Shown here one piece after another: positions 19,654 to 28,822 of a DNA stretch of 64,000 bases; positions within the stretch are counted from its first letter, which is position 1, and each line of letters begins with the position of its first letter. Under the pieces are notes generated by a model. The model did no database searches. It saw only the letters and a program-made list of their open reading frames with translations, and had not been told where the DNA came from. The stretch covers positions 6,463 through 70,462 of the forward strand of contig CAUZIB010000005.1 of assembly GCA_963579735.1 (NCBI GenBank), written 5' to 3'. Position numbers and translations under genes: made by a program. The DNA comes from Vicinamibacteria bacterium. Its GTDB lineage: Bacteria; Acidobacteriota; Vicinamibacteria; Vicinamibacterales; UBA8438.

Positions 19654-20475
19654 TTATGTGCGTGCACGAGCAGAATTACCTGAGGTGGACGGTGCGGACC
19701 GCGGTGTGATCGACCCACTCCGGCTTCTCAGCTGAACTATGGGGCCGCCCCCGGCTAGCGATCCCTCCACGCGGCGCTTATCGCTTTCGCCTCGTATCAC
19801 GAGGTTCTGGCTCTCGACCGCTCCCGAGCCTGACGTCGCGTCGATAAAGAACGCCGCGTTCGCGCTGAACTCGGCAGTGATGGCGCTGGACCCTGTGGTG
19901 ACCTTCCACGGCCGCCTGGGGTTACCCGAGACCCACACCCGACCGCTCTGCGTCCGAACGTACAGAGTGCCGCGGATGCGCTTCATCTCGATACCGCTGC
20001 TGGAGGTTGTCACGCTGAGTGGACCGGCACGGTCAATGGACACTGCGCCGGATCCGGTCTCGACCCGGGTCTCGCCAGATTGGCTATGCGTCACGACCCG
20101 CGTACCTGCGGGCACCTGGACATCGTAGGCTATCGTGACTGGCCGTTGGGTCCGACCATCGTTTGGTTTCTGGAGTCGAACCGTGTCGCCGGTGAATTCG
20201 ATCGGCGGTTGGGCGGCGGTCGATCGTGCCAGTGCCACGGCATTGCGCGGAGAATTCCAGGCGACGCGCCTAGAGACCCGGCCCACGACGACCACTTCGG
20301 CGGTCGTGCCGGCGCGCACCGTAATCTTCCCTCGCTCGGTCGTCACGTCGAGTATCGTCGACGCCGTTGCGGGAAAGGACCGCTCGAAGGTGAACGTTTG
20401 GGCGACGGCTTGGGTGCCCGTCCCGAGGAACACGCCGATCAGAAGTACGGGCATGGCAGTCGCGGAGGTGATCAT
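19654..20475 (-). CDS. DUF4097-like (putative adhesin, beta-helix) exported protein
   Basis: Start set at MITSATAMPVLLIGVFLGTGTQAVAQ (signal peptide), followed by repetitive beta-strand segments with the GSG..V patterns typical of DUF4097. Confidence 0.65.
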   Translation of the reverse strand: MITSATAMPVLLIGVFLGTGTQAVAQTFTFERSFPATASTILDVTTERGKITVRAGTTAEVVVVGRVSRRVAWNSPRNAVALARSTAAQPPIEFTGDTVRLQKPNDGRTQRPVTIAYDVQVPAGTRVVTHSQSGETRVETGSGAVSIDRAGPLSVTTSSSGIEMKRIRGTLYVRTQSGRVWVSGNPRRPWKVTTGSSAITAEFSANAAFFIDATSGSGAVESQNLVIRGESDKRRVEGSLAGGGPIVQLRSRSGSITPRSAPSTSGNSARART

Positions 20476-20711
20476 GCGGGAGTGTAACCCGCGCCCATGC
20501 CATCCGGGCCCTGACGTCCCTATTTGTCGAAACAGCCAATCTGGTTCGCTTCGATGAGCTGTTGGCGGGCGAGGAAGTGCGGTCATGAGGCGCCGGTAGA
20601 TTTACCGCACGAGTAAGCGTTTGAGACACCGGATGATTTTGGGCCCCCAGGCGAGCTCCGTGAGCTCAGCCGCACCGACGTGGAGTGCGCCTCTCCAAAC
20701 GGCGATGGGTG

Positions 20712-20935
20712 GTTGGCCACCACTTGCCCACGAACTTCTCAGCATCGGCCAGCACGGGACAGTACAAACACGCCGAGATTTTCGCCGCTTTCTCGGAGAA
20801 GTTGGACGGGATGCTACGAAGCAGCAGAGGGCACCGCCGTCGAGATGAGGTGAAAGCCTCGGGTTCGCAGGGCCGCCTGGCGCAAAGCGCCGCGCCGAGT
20901 CATACCGGCGGTATGGCGAGAAGCGGGAACGCGGC
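20712..20935 (+). repeat. Repeat copy 3 (diverged TTGGCCACCACTTGCCCAC plus tail)
   Basis: Aligns at about 70% with 14615-14735 and shares GGAACGCGG at 20926. No tRNA-derived core is recognisable. Confidence 0.5.
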
Positions 20936-20997
20936 GCCAGGGGGTGCTGCGGACCCGAGGATTGACTGCATCTCGACGGCGGGGCACTAGTGGACTG

Positions 20998-21312
20998 TCA
21001 GTCAGGCGCCGGGACGGGGAGCCACTTTGAGACGGCGAATCCTGACAAGAGCACGATGGCGACCGTTGGATTGACGACATAGAGCCAGAACGTGTCCACG
21101 TCGGGGTCAGCGGCGATGGCGCTAAAGAAGAACGGCTGGTCTGCCACCATGAATTCGGTCAGCTTTACGAGTAGCACGAACTCTCCCGCACCCAGAAGAC
21201 CCATGACGTTGCTAAAGGCCCAGCTGCCCCCACGACCTCTGACGATGTAGAAGAAAAAAACATACACAACCGCGACCACCGCCAGCGTGAGCACTTGGTG
21301 AATAGACATCAT
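20998..21312 (-). CDS. Small membrane protein, hypothetical
   Basis: 104 aa with 3 predicted TM helices, GGGGAGG before the ATGATG start, and an AT-richer upstream region. Confidence 0.55.
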   Translation of the reverse strand: MMSIHQVLTLAVVAVVYVFFFYIVRGRGGSWAFSNVMGLLGAGEFVLLVKLTEFMVADQPFFFSAIAADPDVDTFWLYVVNPTVAIVLLSGFAVSKWLPVPAPD

Positions 21313-21464
21313 CCTCCCCTCGCCGAATTTCGGAAGAGTTCAAATCTGAAAATTTATCACAACTCCACGGTCTTCCTCGTGAGCAGGATTCTCCATGACC
21401 CCTTTGGCTTGTTCGCGGCAGTGGTCACGTTGGTCCCAATGGGTGTTTTCAAGGAGGCGCTTCG

Positions 21465-21968
21465 TCAAGTCACGGGGCGGTCGGCCTCGGCCGGAATCTC
21501 GATGGTGAACGTCGCTCCTTTCCCAAGACTGCTCTCGGCTGTAATGTCTCCGCCCACCATCCGGCAGAAACGCCGACTACTGGCGCGGCGTCGAGTCAGA
21601 CGCTCGTTGAAGCTGCGGCTCCCAAACGTGTCGGCGTAGCCCACCACGCGCATCTGCACTCGGGTCGGCGTCGTGAGCAGGAGTGAGGCGGCCTCGGCCA
21701 ACGTGGCCTCCGCCTCGGACTCATCTCTAGGGGTCGCCCCGTCGCCAAAGAAGGCCACGTTGGTCCGTGTCCACCGCTCCAGCCTATCGGTCGCCGACGT
21801 AGCCGTCTGCGACAGTGTGTTGACACGATAGTCGAGCCGCGCGTCCGGCAGGGCCGCCGCAAGGGCGCCGCGTAGCGCCTGTCGTTCGCGGTCGCTGGGC
21901 ACGAGGCCGTGACCGCGCAGGCTTCGAACACAGGGTCGAGACTGAGTCTTCGGGCGTTCGCGGTGCAC
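21465..21968 (-). CDS. OmpA-like domain ORF ending in a histidine-kinase ATPase tail (probable chimera or pseudogene)
   Basis: VAFFGDGATP...RVVGYADTFGSRSFNERLTRRRA matches OmpA/MotB C-terminal domains. The last 25 aa, GGDITAESSLGKGATFTIEIP, match an HATPase_c G2-box tail. No signal peptide. Confidence 0.4.
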   Translation of the reverse strand: MHRERPKTQSRPCVRSLRGHGLVPSDRERQALRGALAAALPDARLDYRVNTLSQTATSATDRLERWTRTNVAFFGDGATPRDESEAEATLAEAASLLLTTPTRVQMRVVGYADTFGSRSFNERLTRRRASSRRFCRMVGGDITAESSLGKGATFTIEIPAEADRPVT

Positions 21969-21978
21969 CGGACGTTCG

Positions 21979-23880
21979 TCACTTCACCGGCAGGGCGAAC
22001 GCGATGATCTCGTCGTTGGTGACCTCCGACCCCGTGAGCCCGCCACCGGTGCTCACGACGGTCACGAACTGTCGTCCATCGGATCCCAGGTAGGTGATGG
22101 GCGTCGCTTCGACGGACGATGGCAACCTGATCTCCCACAATCGCTCGCCGGTCGCGGTCGCAAACGCGCGGAATCTGAAATCATCCGTACCGCCCACAAA
22201 AGTGAGACCGCTCGCCGTCAGCACGACGCCTCCGGTGCTAGGGCGACCGGTGTCCTGCATGCCGGATGGCAGCATGTCGGAAACGCCAAGGGTCTGGCGA
22301 TACGCGATGTCACCGGTCTCCATGTCGACGGCGACGAGCTCGCCCCACGGTGTCGGCCCGCAGGGTAGACGCCTCTCGGGATCGCCGAACCGACGAAGAC
22401 CGGCGAGCGGCCCGGAGTTGACCCACGTGCCGTCTGGCCGCTGGATGAGGCGCATGGGCTGAAACAGGTTGGTGGTGTTCGACACGAACATTTGAAGCTC
22501 TGGATCGTAGGCTGGTCCCCAGTAGTTGACGCCGCCCGCCGGTCCCGGCGGGGAGATGCTGTACTGGTTGACGGCGATGGGCATATAGGGCCCGCCCAGC
22601 TTCATGTCGTTGTCATCGACCATGTGTTCGCAGTAGGACTGATGCTGGGGCTCGCCCTTGTAGAGGTTGTCGCGAGAGACCGTGTTTTGCGCGAGCGGTT
22701 CAGGCTTTGTGGGGAACGGCTGGGTCGGAGACGCCAGTTCCTCAGCCAGGTCGCTCGGGGGTACCGGCCGCTCTTCGATAGCGAAGAGCGGCTCGCCGGT
22801 CACCCGATTGAGCGTGAACACAAGCCCGGCCTTGTTCACGATGATGACGGTGGGAACCGTTACCCCGTTTCGGCGCAGGTCAACGACGAGCGGCGCCGAC
22901 TGAGCGTCATAGTCCCAGATGTCATGATGGACGAGCTGGAAGTGCCAGAGATAAAAGCCGGTGTTCGCGTCCACCGCGACGATCGACGACGAGAACAAGT
23001 TATCGCCGGGACGATCGACGCCGACACGGTCATCGTTCGGTGCGCCGAGCGGCATATAGAGAATGCCCCGCTCCTCATCGAGCGACATATAGCCCCAGAC
23101 ATTGACACCCGACCGGTTTCTGGAGCTGTCTGCCCCCCAGCTGTCATAGCCGAACTCATCGGGGCGCGGCACGGTATGAAACGTCCACATCAACTCGCCA
23201 GTCCTGGCGTCCCAGGCACGCGTATCACCTGCCGGTCCGGTTCCTTTGGGAAATCCGCGCCCTTCTCCCGTTCCCGCGCCGGTAATGACGAGGTTCTTGT
23301 AGATGGTCGGAGATGACAGCAGCGAATAGCCTGCCTCCGGGAAGGTCCGCATGACTTCAGGCGTCTTCAGATTGACGAGGCCATTCTCACCAAACCCGAG
23401 ATTGAGCGTGCCGTCGGAAGCCTTGATGGAATACAACCCACCCGAGCTGGCCCCGAACAAGATCGCAGGTGGGACGTCACCGGCGCCGGGCCAATAGGCC
23501 AGACCACGCTTGGATGGCACCTCACCCGCGGGAAGCTGAAAGCGCCATTTTTCCGCGCCAGTGGTGGCATCCAGTGCGATGACGGCGCCATACGGCGAGC
23601 CGAGATACATCGTGTTTCCAATCACAAGTGGAATGGACTGGTCTTCTCGTAGGCGGCCGGTATAATCCGCGGGCTTGAGATGAACACTCCAGACCCGCTC
23701 GAGCGTCGCCACGTTCTCAGCGGTGATCTGGGTAAGTGGACTGTAGCGGTTGGCGCTGTGAGCGTAGTTGGTGCTCCGCCAGTCGGTCGCGAGCCCCCGG
23801 TCCTGAGCGCTCACAGCGCCGGCCACAGCAACCGACAGAACGAACGTTCCCAGAGCCAATCTCGAAGTTGATCCCGCCAA
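21979..23880 (-). CDS. PQQ-dependent dehydrogenase (quinoprotein, 8-bladed propeller)
   Basis: Signal peptide, then NYAHSANRYSPLTQIT...VWS with repeated W-docking blades; 633 aa. Confidence 0.85.
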   Translation of the reverse strand: MAGSTSRLALGTFVLSVAVAGAVSAQDRGLATDWRSTNYAHSANRYSPLTQITAENVATLERVWSVHLKPADYTGRLREDQSIPLVIGNTMYLGSPYGAVIALDATTGAEKWRFQLPAGEVPSKRGLAYWPGAGDVPPAILFGASSGGLYSIKASDGTLNLGFGENGLVNLKTPEVMRTFPEAGYSLLSSPTIYKNLVITGAGTGEGRGFPKGTGPAGDTRAWDARTGELMWTFHTVPRPDEFGYDSWGADSSRNRSGVNVWGYMSLDEERGILYMPLGAPNDDRVGVDRPGDNLFSSSIVAVDANTGFYLWHFQLVHHDIWDYDAQSAPLVVDLRRNGVTVPTVIIVNKAGLVFTLNRVTGEPLFAIEERPVPPSDLAEELASPTQPFPTKPEPLAQNTVSRDNLYKGEPQHQSYCEHMVDDNDMKLGGPYMPIAVNQYSISPPGPAGGVNYWGPAYDPELQMFVSNTTNLFQPMRLIQRPDGTWVNSGPLAGLRRFGDPERRLPCGPTPWGELVAVDMETGDIAYRQTLGVSDMLPSGMQDTGRPSTGGVVLTASGLTFVGGTDDFRFRAFATATGERLWEIRLPSSVEATPITYLGSDGRQFVTVVSTGGGLTGSEVTNDEIIAFALPVK

Positions 23881-24079
23881 TTGTCTACTCCTTCAACGGT
23901 GACGCGTCAGAGTGGTGTCCTTGTTGCGAGAATGATACAAGCAGGTCGCCCGGCACATCCGGGCGTACATCACGAACTAGGTGCCCGGCCCGCTCCGCCT
24001 CGCGATGCAGACTGTGAACCCAGCGGAAGCGAACCGTGCAGAGACGACGGGGAAAGCGCTTGTGAGAGCAGCCGGCGAA

Positions 24080-24553
24080 TCAGTCCAAGATTGTCCCGGT
24101 GGGTATCTCGTCGCCGTTCCCGTCATTGAACTGGACCGAGAATCTTGACGCGTAGGGGTTCGCGGGACCGCGAACATTGAAAGAGGACGATTGTCCTGGC
24201 GCGAGCGGAGTGACGTGGACCCGCGTCTCGCGGGTCGTGACGAAATCGTTCCAGTCGGTGTACCACGCAACCATCACGGTCAGATCCGCCACCTGAGTGC
24301 CCGAGATATTCTTCACGACCCCCGCGACGTGGCGATAGCCGGAATCCTCATAGTGGTCGGTCGTGAGTAGCGCGAGACGGTCATCCAACGACCGCCACGG
24401 CCGAGCAGACGGGGGCGAGGTCGTCGATGGCGCCAAAGTCTCGGGGCGGCCACTGTTCGACACATCAGCGCGCTGGGCAGGACCCGGCTGACACGCCGCC
24501 AGGAGACCAACGACGACCAAGACGACGAGTGCGCAACGAGGATGAAGACTCAT
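24080..24553 (-). CDS. Lipoprotein, hypothetical
   Basis: Internal start MSLHPRCALVVLVVVGLLAAC (lipobox LAAC). The upstream part of ORF 24080-24832 overlaps the next gene. Confidence 0.6.
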   Translation of the reverse strand: MSLHPRCALVVLVVVGLLAACQPGPAQRADVSNSGRPETLAPSTTSPPSARPWRSLDDRLALLTTDHYEDSGYRHVAGVVKNISGTQVADLTVMVAWYTDWNDFVTTRETRVHVTPLAPGQSSSFNVRGPANPYASRFSVQFNDGNGDEIPTGTILD

Positions 24554-24714
24554 GGAGCCCCAAAAAAGTCCGACGCCGAGCGAACACGATGTCGAAGGCG
24601 AACGGTCCGGCGCAAAACGACCACGAGAGTAAAGTACTCCATCAAGATCGCCTCGGCGACCGTTTCCCGCTCGGCCGCGGAAATCGGAAAGCGGGTGAGC
24701 GACCCGGAGGCGGT

Positions 24715-25692
24715 TCAGACGTCCCAACCGGCTTCTAGCCTCTGTGCGGCGGCTCGACACCAATCCGGGTTGGCGAGATACCACTCCACGGTATTGGCGA
24801 TAGTTGCTTGCAGGGTGTGACGCGGCGCCCACTCCAGCGCTGCCCTCGCCTTGTCGGCCGACATGAAGTATCGCAGGTCATAGCCCTTCCGGTCGTCGAC
24901 TTCCTCGATGTCACCTCGGCCGACAATGTCGCGGACGAGTTTGATGACATCCTGTGTGTAGGCTTCCGATTCCACTGGAGGCGCCAGGTTGTAGACCTCG
25001 CCGATCTCACCGCGGAGCAGCGCCGCTTCTACTCCAGCTGCATGGTCCTCAGCGTGCATCCACATGCGTCGTGCCGGTGTGCGAAACAACGGGAACGGCT
25101 TGCCCCGCTGAAAGTAGTCCACAGCCTTGGGCACGGCCTTCTCCGGAAACTGCCGCGGACCCACCGTGTTGGCGCCACGCGTGATGACGACATCCAACCC
25201 ATGGGTGTGTCGATACGCGAGCAACAGCAGCTCCGCCGAGGCCTTTGTCACCGAGTAGGGATTGCGAGGGGCGATCGATGTCTCCTCGGTCCACGGCCGG
25301 TCGGCTGCGATGGCATCGCCGTAGACCTCGTCGGTTGACACCTGGACGACGCGGATGCCGCGCTCGCACGCCGCCAGCGCCAGGTTACGAACACCGAGCA
25401 CGTTCGACTGCCAAAACGCCGCGTCATGGTCGATCGATCGGTCGACGTGACTCTCGGCCGCGAAGTTGACGATGGCGTCCGGTTTGAATCGGTCTAGAAG
25501 CGCGGGCAGCTGTCGCTCATCACCGATGTCAAAGCGCGTGTCGGCCACGCCAGGGGCAAGGTTCTCCTCCATGGATCCCCAACCGCAGAAATCCAGACCG
25601 GCAATCTCATACCGATCACGGCAGAGCCAGCAAAACGCTGACCCAATAAAACCGAGATGGCCAGTGACCAAAAGTTTGCGGTATCTCGTCAT
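24715..25692 (-). CDS. NAD-dependent sugar 4,6-dehydratase/epimerase (dTDP-glucose 4,6-dehydratase-like)
   Basis: LLVTGHLGFIGS Rossmann motif, VNFAAESHVDRS, STDEVYG and YSVTK catalytic motifs. Confidence 0.8.
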   Translation of the reverse strand: MTRYRKLLVTGHLGFIGSAFCWLCRDRYEIAGLDFCGWGSMEENLAPGVADTRFDIGDERQLPALLDRFKPDAIVNFAAESHVDRSIDHDAAFWQSNVLGVRNLALAACERGIRVVQVSTDEVYGDAIAADRPWTEETSIAPRNPYSVTKASAELLLLAYRHTHGLDVVITRGANTVGPRQFPEKAVPKAVDYFQRGKPFPLFRTPARRMWMHAEDHAAGVEAALLRGEIGEVYNLAPPVESEAYTQDVIKLVRDIVGRGDIEEVDDRKGYDLRYFMSADKARAALEWAPRHTLQATIANTVEWYLANPDWCRAAAQRLEAGWDV

Positions 25693-25909
25693 GATTCGCT
25701 GACGCTCTCGCTCGCCGTCCGCACGAATCTCGTGGGACTGTTGCGGAGAACAGTTACGCAAGGCTCGAGCGACGCAGCGCGTCGGCCTGGCGATGAAATC
25801 CCTCCATCCAAGACGCCCGCCGACACTCTATGAACAACGCGAGAACGCCTACCTACTCCGCCTTCCCTCCGACTAGCTCTCATATGACCGTCTGCGGCTG
25901 AATTGAGTC

Positions 25910-26389
25910 GTGCAAATGATGGCCGCTCCATCCGACAGGCATGCTACCATCGCCGTCCAAATGGCTTCCTCCAACGTGTGTATATCGACACGGTCTTCCT
26001 TGATTCGCATCGTGGGTTTTTTCGGGATTCTGAGCCTCGCGGTTGCGACATCCGCTCAATACGGCCATCCGTTGAAAGGCTCGTGGAGCGGCGACTGGGG
26101 AACGGGCGAAGACCGCCGAACCCGTCTCCTTCTCGTGTTCGATTGGGATGGCACGCAAATCATCGGCACGCTCAATCCTGGTCCGAGCGCCGTGCCGATT
26201 GCGACCGCCTCGCTCGATCCTTCCAGTTGGACGGTTCAGATCGAAGCCGAAGGGCAGGACGACTCCGGCGCCCCGGTGCCGTATGTGATCATCGGTGAAT
26301 TGCAGAACATCGGCTCGTCTCACCGGGTGATCACCGGATCGTGGACGCAGGGTACGGTGACCGGCGACTTTACGATTACGAGGAACTAG
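25910..26389 (+). CDS. Exported hypothetical protein
   Basis: Signal-like IVGFFGILSLAVATSAQ followed by a beta-rich domain. The start may be the internal Met at 25961. Confidence 0.5.
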   Translation: MQMMAAPSDRHATIAVQMASSNVCISTRSSLIRIVGFFGILSLAVATSAQYGHPLKGSWSGDWGTGEDRRTRLLLVFDWDGTQIIGTLNPGPSAVPIATASLDPSSWTVQIEAEGQDDSGAPVPYVIIGELQNIGSSHRVITGSWTQGTVTGDFTITRN

Positions 26390-26426
26390 TGTCCAGGCTC
26401 AGTGATCCGGGACACTAGACCGGCGT

Positions 26427-27311
26427 TTATCGATCGGCGAAGATGGGCTGCCCGAAGTCATCAGTGAGCCGATACAAATATCTATTGTTCTCCTGACAGA
26501 CATACTCCATCAGCTCGCCCTCTGGTCTCCACGCAATATCCCAGGCCACGGTCCACGGTTCAGAATACGCGCCAGGATCTTCAATCGTCGCTTCGTAGTG
26601 CAGCGTGTTTTTGTCTCGGCGCTCGAACCGCTCCACAAGATGAAGCGCATCGGTATGGGGGTGGCCAAAGAAATCGATCCAGGTGTTCTCGTTGAATCCC
26701 ACGACGTCCACGACGAACGTATCGCCCTCCCAGCGACCAACCGAATGCCCGAGGAACGTCGGATTCAGCGCATCACCCTCGGGATGGGGACGTCCGTCGA
26801 GGTAAATCTCTCGCCAGATGTGGGTCGCGCCTTCGAAAATCATGATGACGCGTTCTTGGTCCGGCAGTTGAATGATCTCCATCGGATAGGGAGTAGCCAT
26901 CATCCGCGGGCCGCCGGGAGGGAGACAATATCCCTCCGGGTCATATTTTGATTGGTTCGCAGAGTTGTAGTCGTAGATCGCCGCCGCCCAGGGCAAGAAA
27001 GGAATATGAGGCTCGGTGGCGGAACCCGCGCGCGGGCCCCGTGACCCGCTGAGTACCGTGGTCGCCTCGATGGGGGTCCCGTCTGCCCTGATGGAACGCG
27101 ATGCCATGTTGGTGATGTACGGAATGGCCCACACGCCCTTTTCGCCGGCAATGCGCCCAAGGTTGGGGGTGCCATCAGCGAGGCGAGGCGTCGGATCGGA
27201 CGCTGCGGCTGGTTCCTCCGCGCCATTCTGAGTAGCAGCCAGCAGTGGGGAAGGAGACCAAACCGTCGCCCCCAAAACAAGGGTGACCGCCGCAATCGCA
27301 GCGCTCAGCAT
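26427..27311 (-). CDS. Secreted protein of unknown function (paralog of 17214-18275)
   Basis: Start MLSAAIAAVTLVLGATVW. Shared block GHSVGRWEGDTFVVDVVGFNENTW...HTDALHLVERF...DPGAYSEPW. Confidence 0.75.
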   Translation of the reverse strand: MLSAAIAAVTLVLGATVWSPSPLLAATQNGAEEPAAASDPTPRLADGTPNLGRIAGEKGVWAIPYITNMASRSIRADGTPIEATTVLSGSRGPRAGSATEPHIPFLPWAAAIYDYNSANQSKYDPEGYCLPPGGPRMMATPYPMEIIQLPDQERVIMIFEGATHIWREIYLDGRPHPEGDALNPTFLGHSVGRWEGDTFVVDVVGFNENTWIDFFGHPHTDALHLVERFERRDKNTLHYEATIEDPGAYSEPWTVAWDIAWRPEGELMEYVCQENNRYLYRLTDDFGQPIFADR

Positions 27312-27334
27312 GAATCGGTTTCGAGCGCAGCGAG

Positions 27335-27736
27335 TCACGGCGTCTCTCCTTGGCTCGACCCCGCAAACAGCCGTTCGCCGTCGCTGGCCATAAGCACCGT
27401 CCGGGCGTTTGCCCGATTGCTTCCGTCGCTGGCCTGCCATCCCTCGACGGTCACGATGTCACCAACCTTCATGGAGTTTCGTGTCCAACCCCTCCGTATC
27501 AACCCGTTCGGACTTCCCATCTCCCAGCCCCAAACTGCGACGTCACCATCTTCGTCAGTGACATCAACAAAGAACCAGACATGTGGATTCGTCCACTCAA
27601 TCTTCGTGACGGCGCCGTTTGTTTCGACCGGCTGATTTTCGTCGAACTCTGCTGAGAAGGAATGATGGGCCACCAGCGGGACCGCAATCGCGAACAACGC
27701 GGCGACAACCCAAAGAACTCGACACCGACTGGTCAT
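27335..27736 (-). CDS. Small exported protein (HHSF... beta-rich domain), hypothetical
   Basis: GGAAGG ribosome-binding site 7 nt before MTSRCRVLWVVAALFAIAVPLVAHHSFSAEFD; 133 aa. In frame with upstream remnants but has its own start signals. Confidence 0.65.
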   Translation of the reverse strand: MTSRCRVLWVVAALFAIAVPLVAHHSFSAEFDENQPVETNGAVTKIEWTNPHVWFFVDVTDEDGDVAVWGWEMGSPNGLIRRGWTRNSMKVGDIVTVEGWQASDGSNRANARTVLMASDGERLFAGSSQGETP

Positions 27737-28270
27737 TTCTACACCTTCCTGTGGAGCACTCCATCGCGAGAGCCGCAATCCCACTTGCCTGCCGTCTCGA
27801 CTCTCTTCGTCGACCGCGAGGCCTCCGACGATACCATCAACTCGGTGTCCGATTTGGATCGCTCTGAGTTTCTCTATCTCGGCCGGCGTCGCCGCCATGG
27901 GGTCGACGTCGCCACAGGTAAAGGCACGGAGAGTGCACTCGGACGTAGTGTGAGCAATCCCACGTTCTTCCATGAGACCCGCTATGAGCTCGGCCGCGTC
28001 CTCCATCATGACGATGGCATTGTTTGGTCGAAAGGTTCCTACCCCGATGGCATAATCGAGCGCCATAAGCGGTTCGATGCTTCCGCCAAAGGCGCCGTCG
28101 TTTTTCTTTCCCAGGTCGTGGGCACCGAGGTCCGCGCCCTGATCGACCAGGTATGTGATGATGTCGATGTCACCCATATTCGCGGCAACCATGAGTGGGG
28201 TTATACCGGCGTCATCCGCCAAATTGACGTCCGCGCCAAGACCCACGAGACGTTGGATGACTCGCAGCCG
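27737..28270 (-). pseudogene. Ankyrin-repeat protein C-terminal fragment
   Basis: GADVNLADDAGITPLMVAANMGDIDIITYLVDQGADL repeats. No start of its own; fused in frame to a transposase fragment. Confidence 0.6.
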
Positions 28271-28480
28271 CTCGCCGAACGCTCGCCAGATGCGGCTAAT
28301 CGACGTCTGACTCAGGCCAGCATGTTTGGCCATCTCTCGGGTACTCCAGTGGGTCGCGTTCCGTGGCGTCGATTCGAGCGTGTCGACCACAATCTTTTCG
28401 ATCTGGTCGTCGCCGATGCGGCGCGGCGTCGCGGCCCTCGAAGGCGTCCGAACACCGTCACTGGTCGCGAAGGCGGTTAG
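28270..28480 (-). mobile_element. IS630-family transposase internal fragment (HTH region only)
   Basis: ...RRIGDDQIEKIVVDTLESTPRNATHWSTREMAKHAGLSQTSISRIWRAFGE matches the N-terminal DNA-binding region of IS630 transposases. No DDE domain and no terminal repeats. Confidence 0.6.
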
Positions 28481-28487
28481 GCACCCG

Positions 28488-28799
28488 CTACGGCGTCAGC
28501 GTGAGGCCGAGTCCATTGCCGTCCGACTTCGTCGTGTAAAACGGAAGCTGACATTGCGCGAACTGCTCGTCGGGTCCTGCCAACCCCTGCGTCGCGAACG
28601 GTAACGCGACTCCCGTCATCACCCAATCGCTGTGTAGAGACCGTGACGGTTCAACGGGGGACAGCGAATTGTTCAGGCTATGGGCGATGCCAGCCGTCAG
28701 TGTGCCAATTGACAGGAGCCGCTTGCTGCGTCTGACCATCGCGTCGGCGCGCTTCAGCTCCGAGACATCAGGGTATGCGGACGACCTGCCAGGCACCAC
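28488..28799 (-). pseudogene. Histidine kinase remnant with an internal deletion
   Basis: H-box LTAGIAHSLNNSL, then only about 40 aa before PFYTTKSDGNGLGL. No sensor domain or G2 tail. Confidence 0.55.
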
Positions 28800-28822
28800 C
28801 CGACCGTTTTGTCTTTTCTTCC

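Noticed and set aside
20841-20880. Considered whether a second tRNA-derived att core lies downstream of repeat copy 3 (CGGGTTCGCAGGGCCGCC resembles a T-arm)
   Set aside because: No complementary T-stem, acceptor strand or CCA could be built, and it does not match any tRNA in the window. The resemblance to GGTTCGA is too short to support a call.
28270-28480. Considered whether an active IS630 insertion sequence is present
   Set aside because: Only an internal ~70-codon HTH fragment is present. There is no DDE catalytic domain, no start codon, and no terminal inverted repeats or TA duplication that I could identify.
21465-28799. Considered whether the histidine-kinase tail at 21465-21540 and the kinase remnant at 28488-28799 are two halves of one gene split by a 7-kb insertion
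   Set aside because: Both are on the minus strand and the missing segment would be short. However, the 28.5-kb fragment has its own internal deletion and stop. The 21.5-kb tail is fused in frame to an OmpA-like domain, and no target-site duplication or junction repeats are visible. Coincidence of two separate remnants is equally likely.
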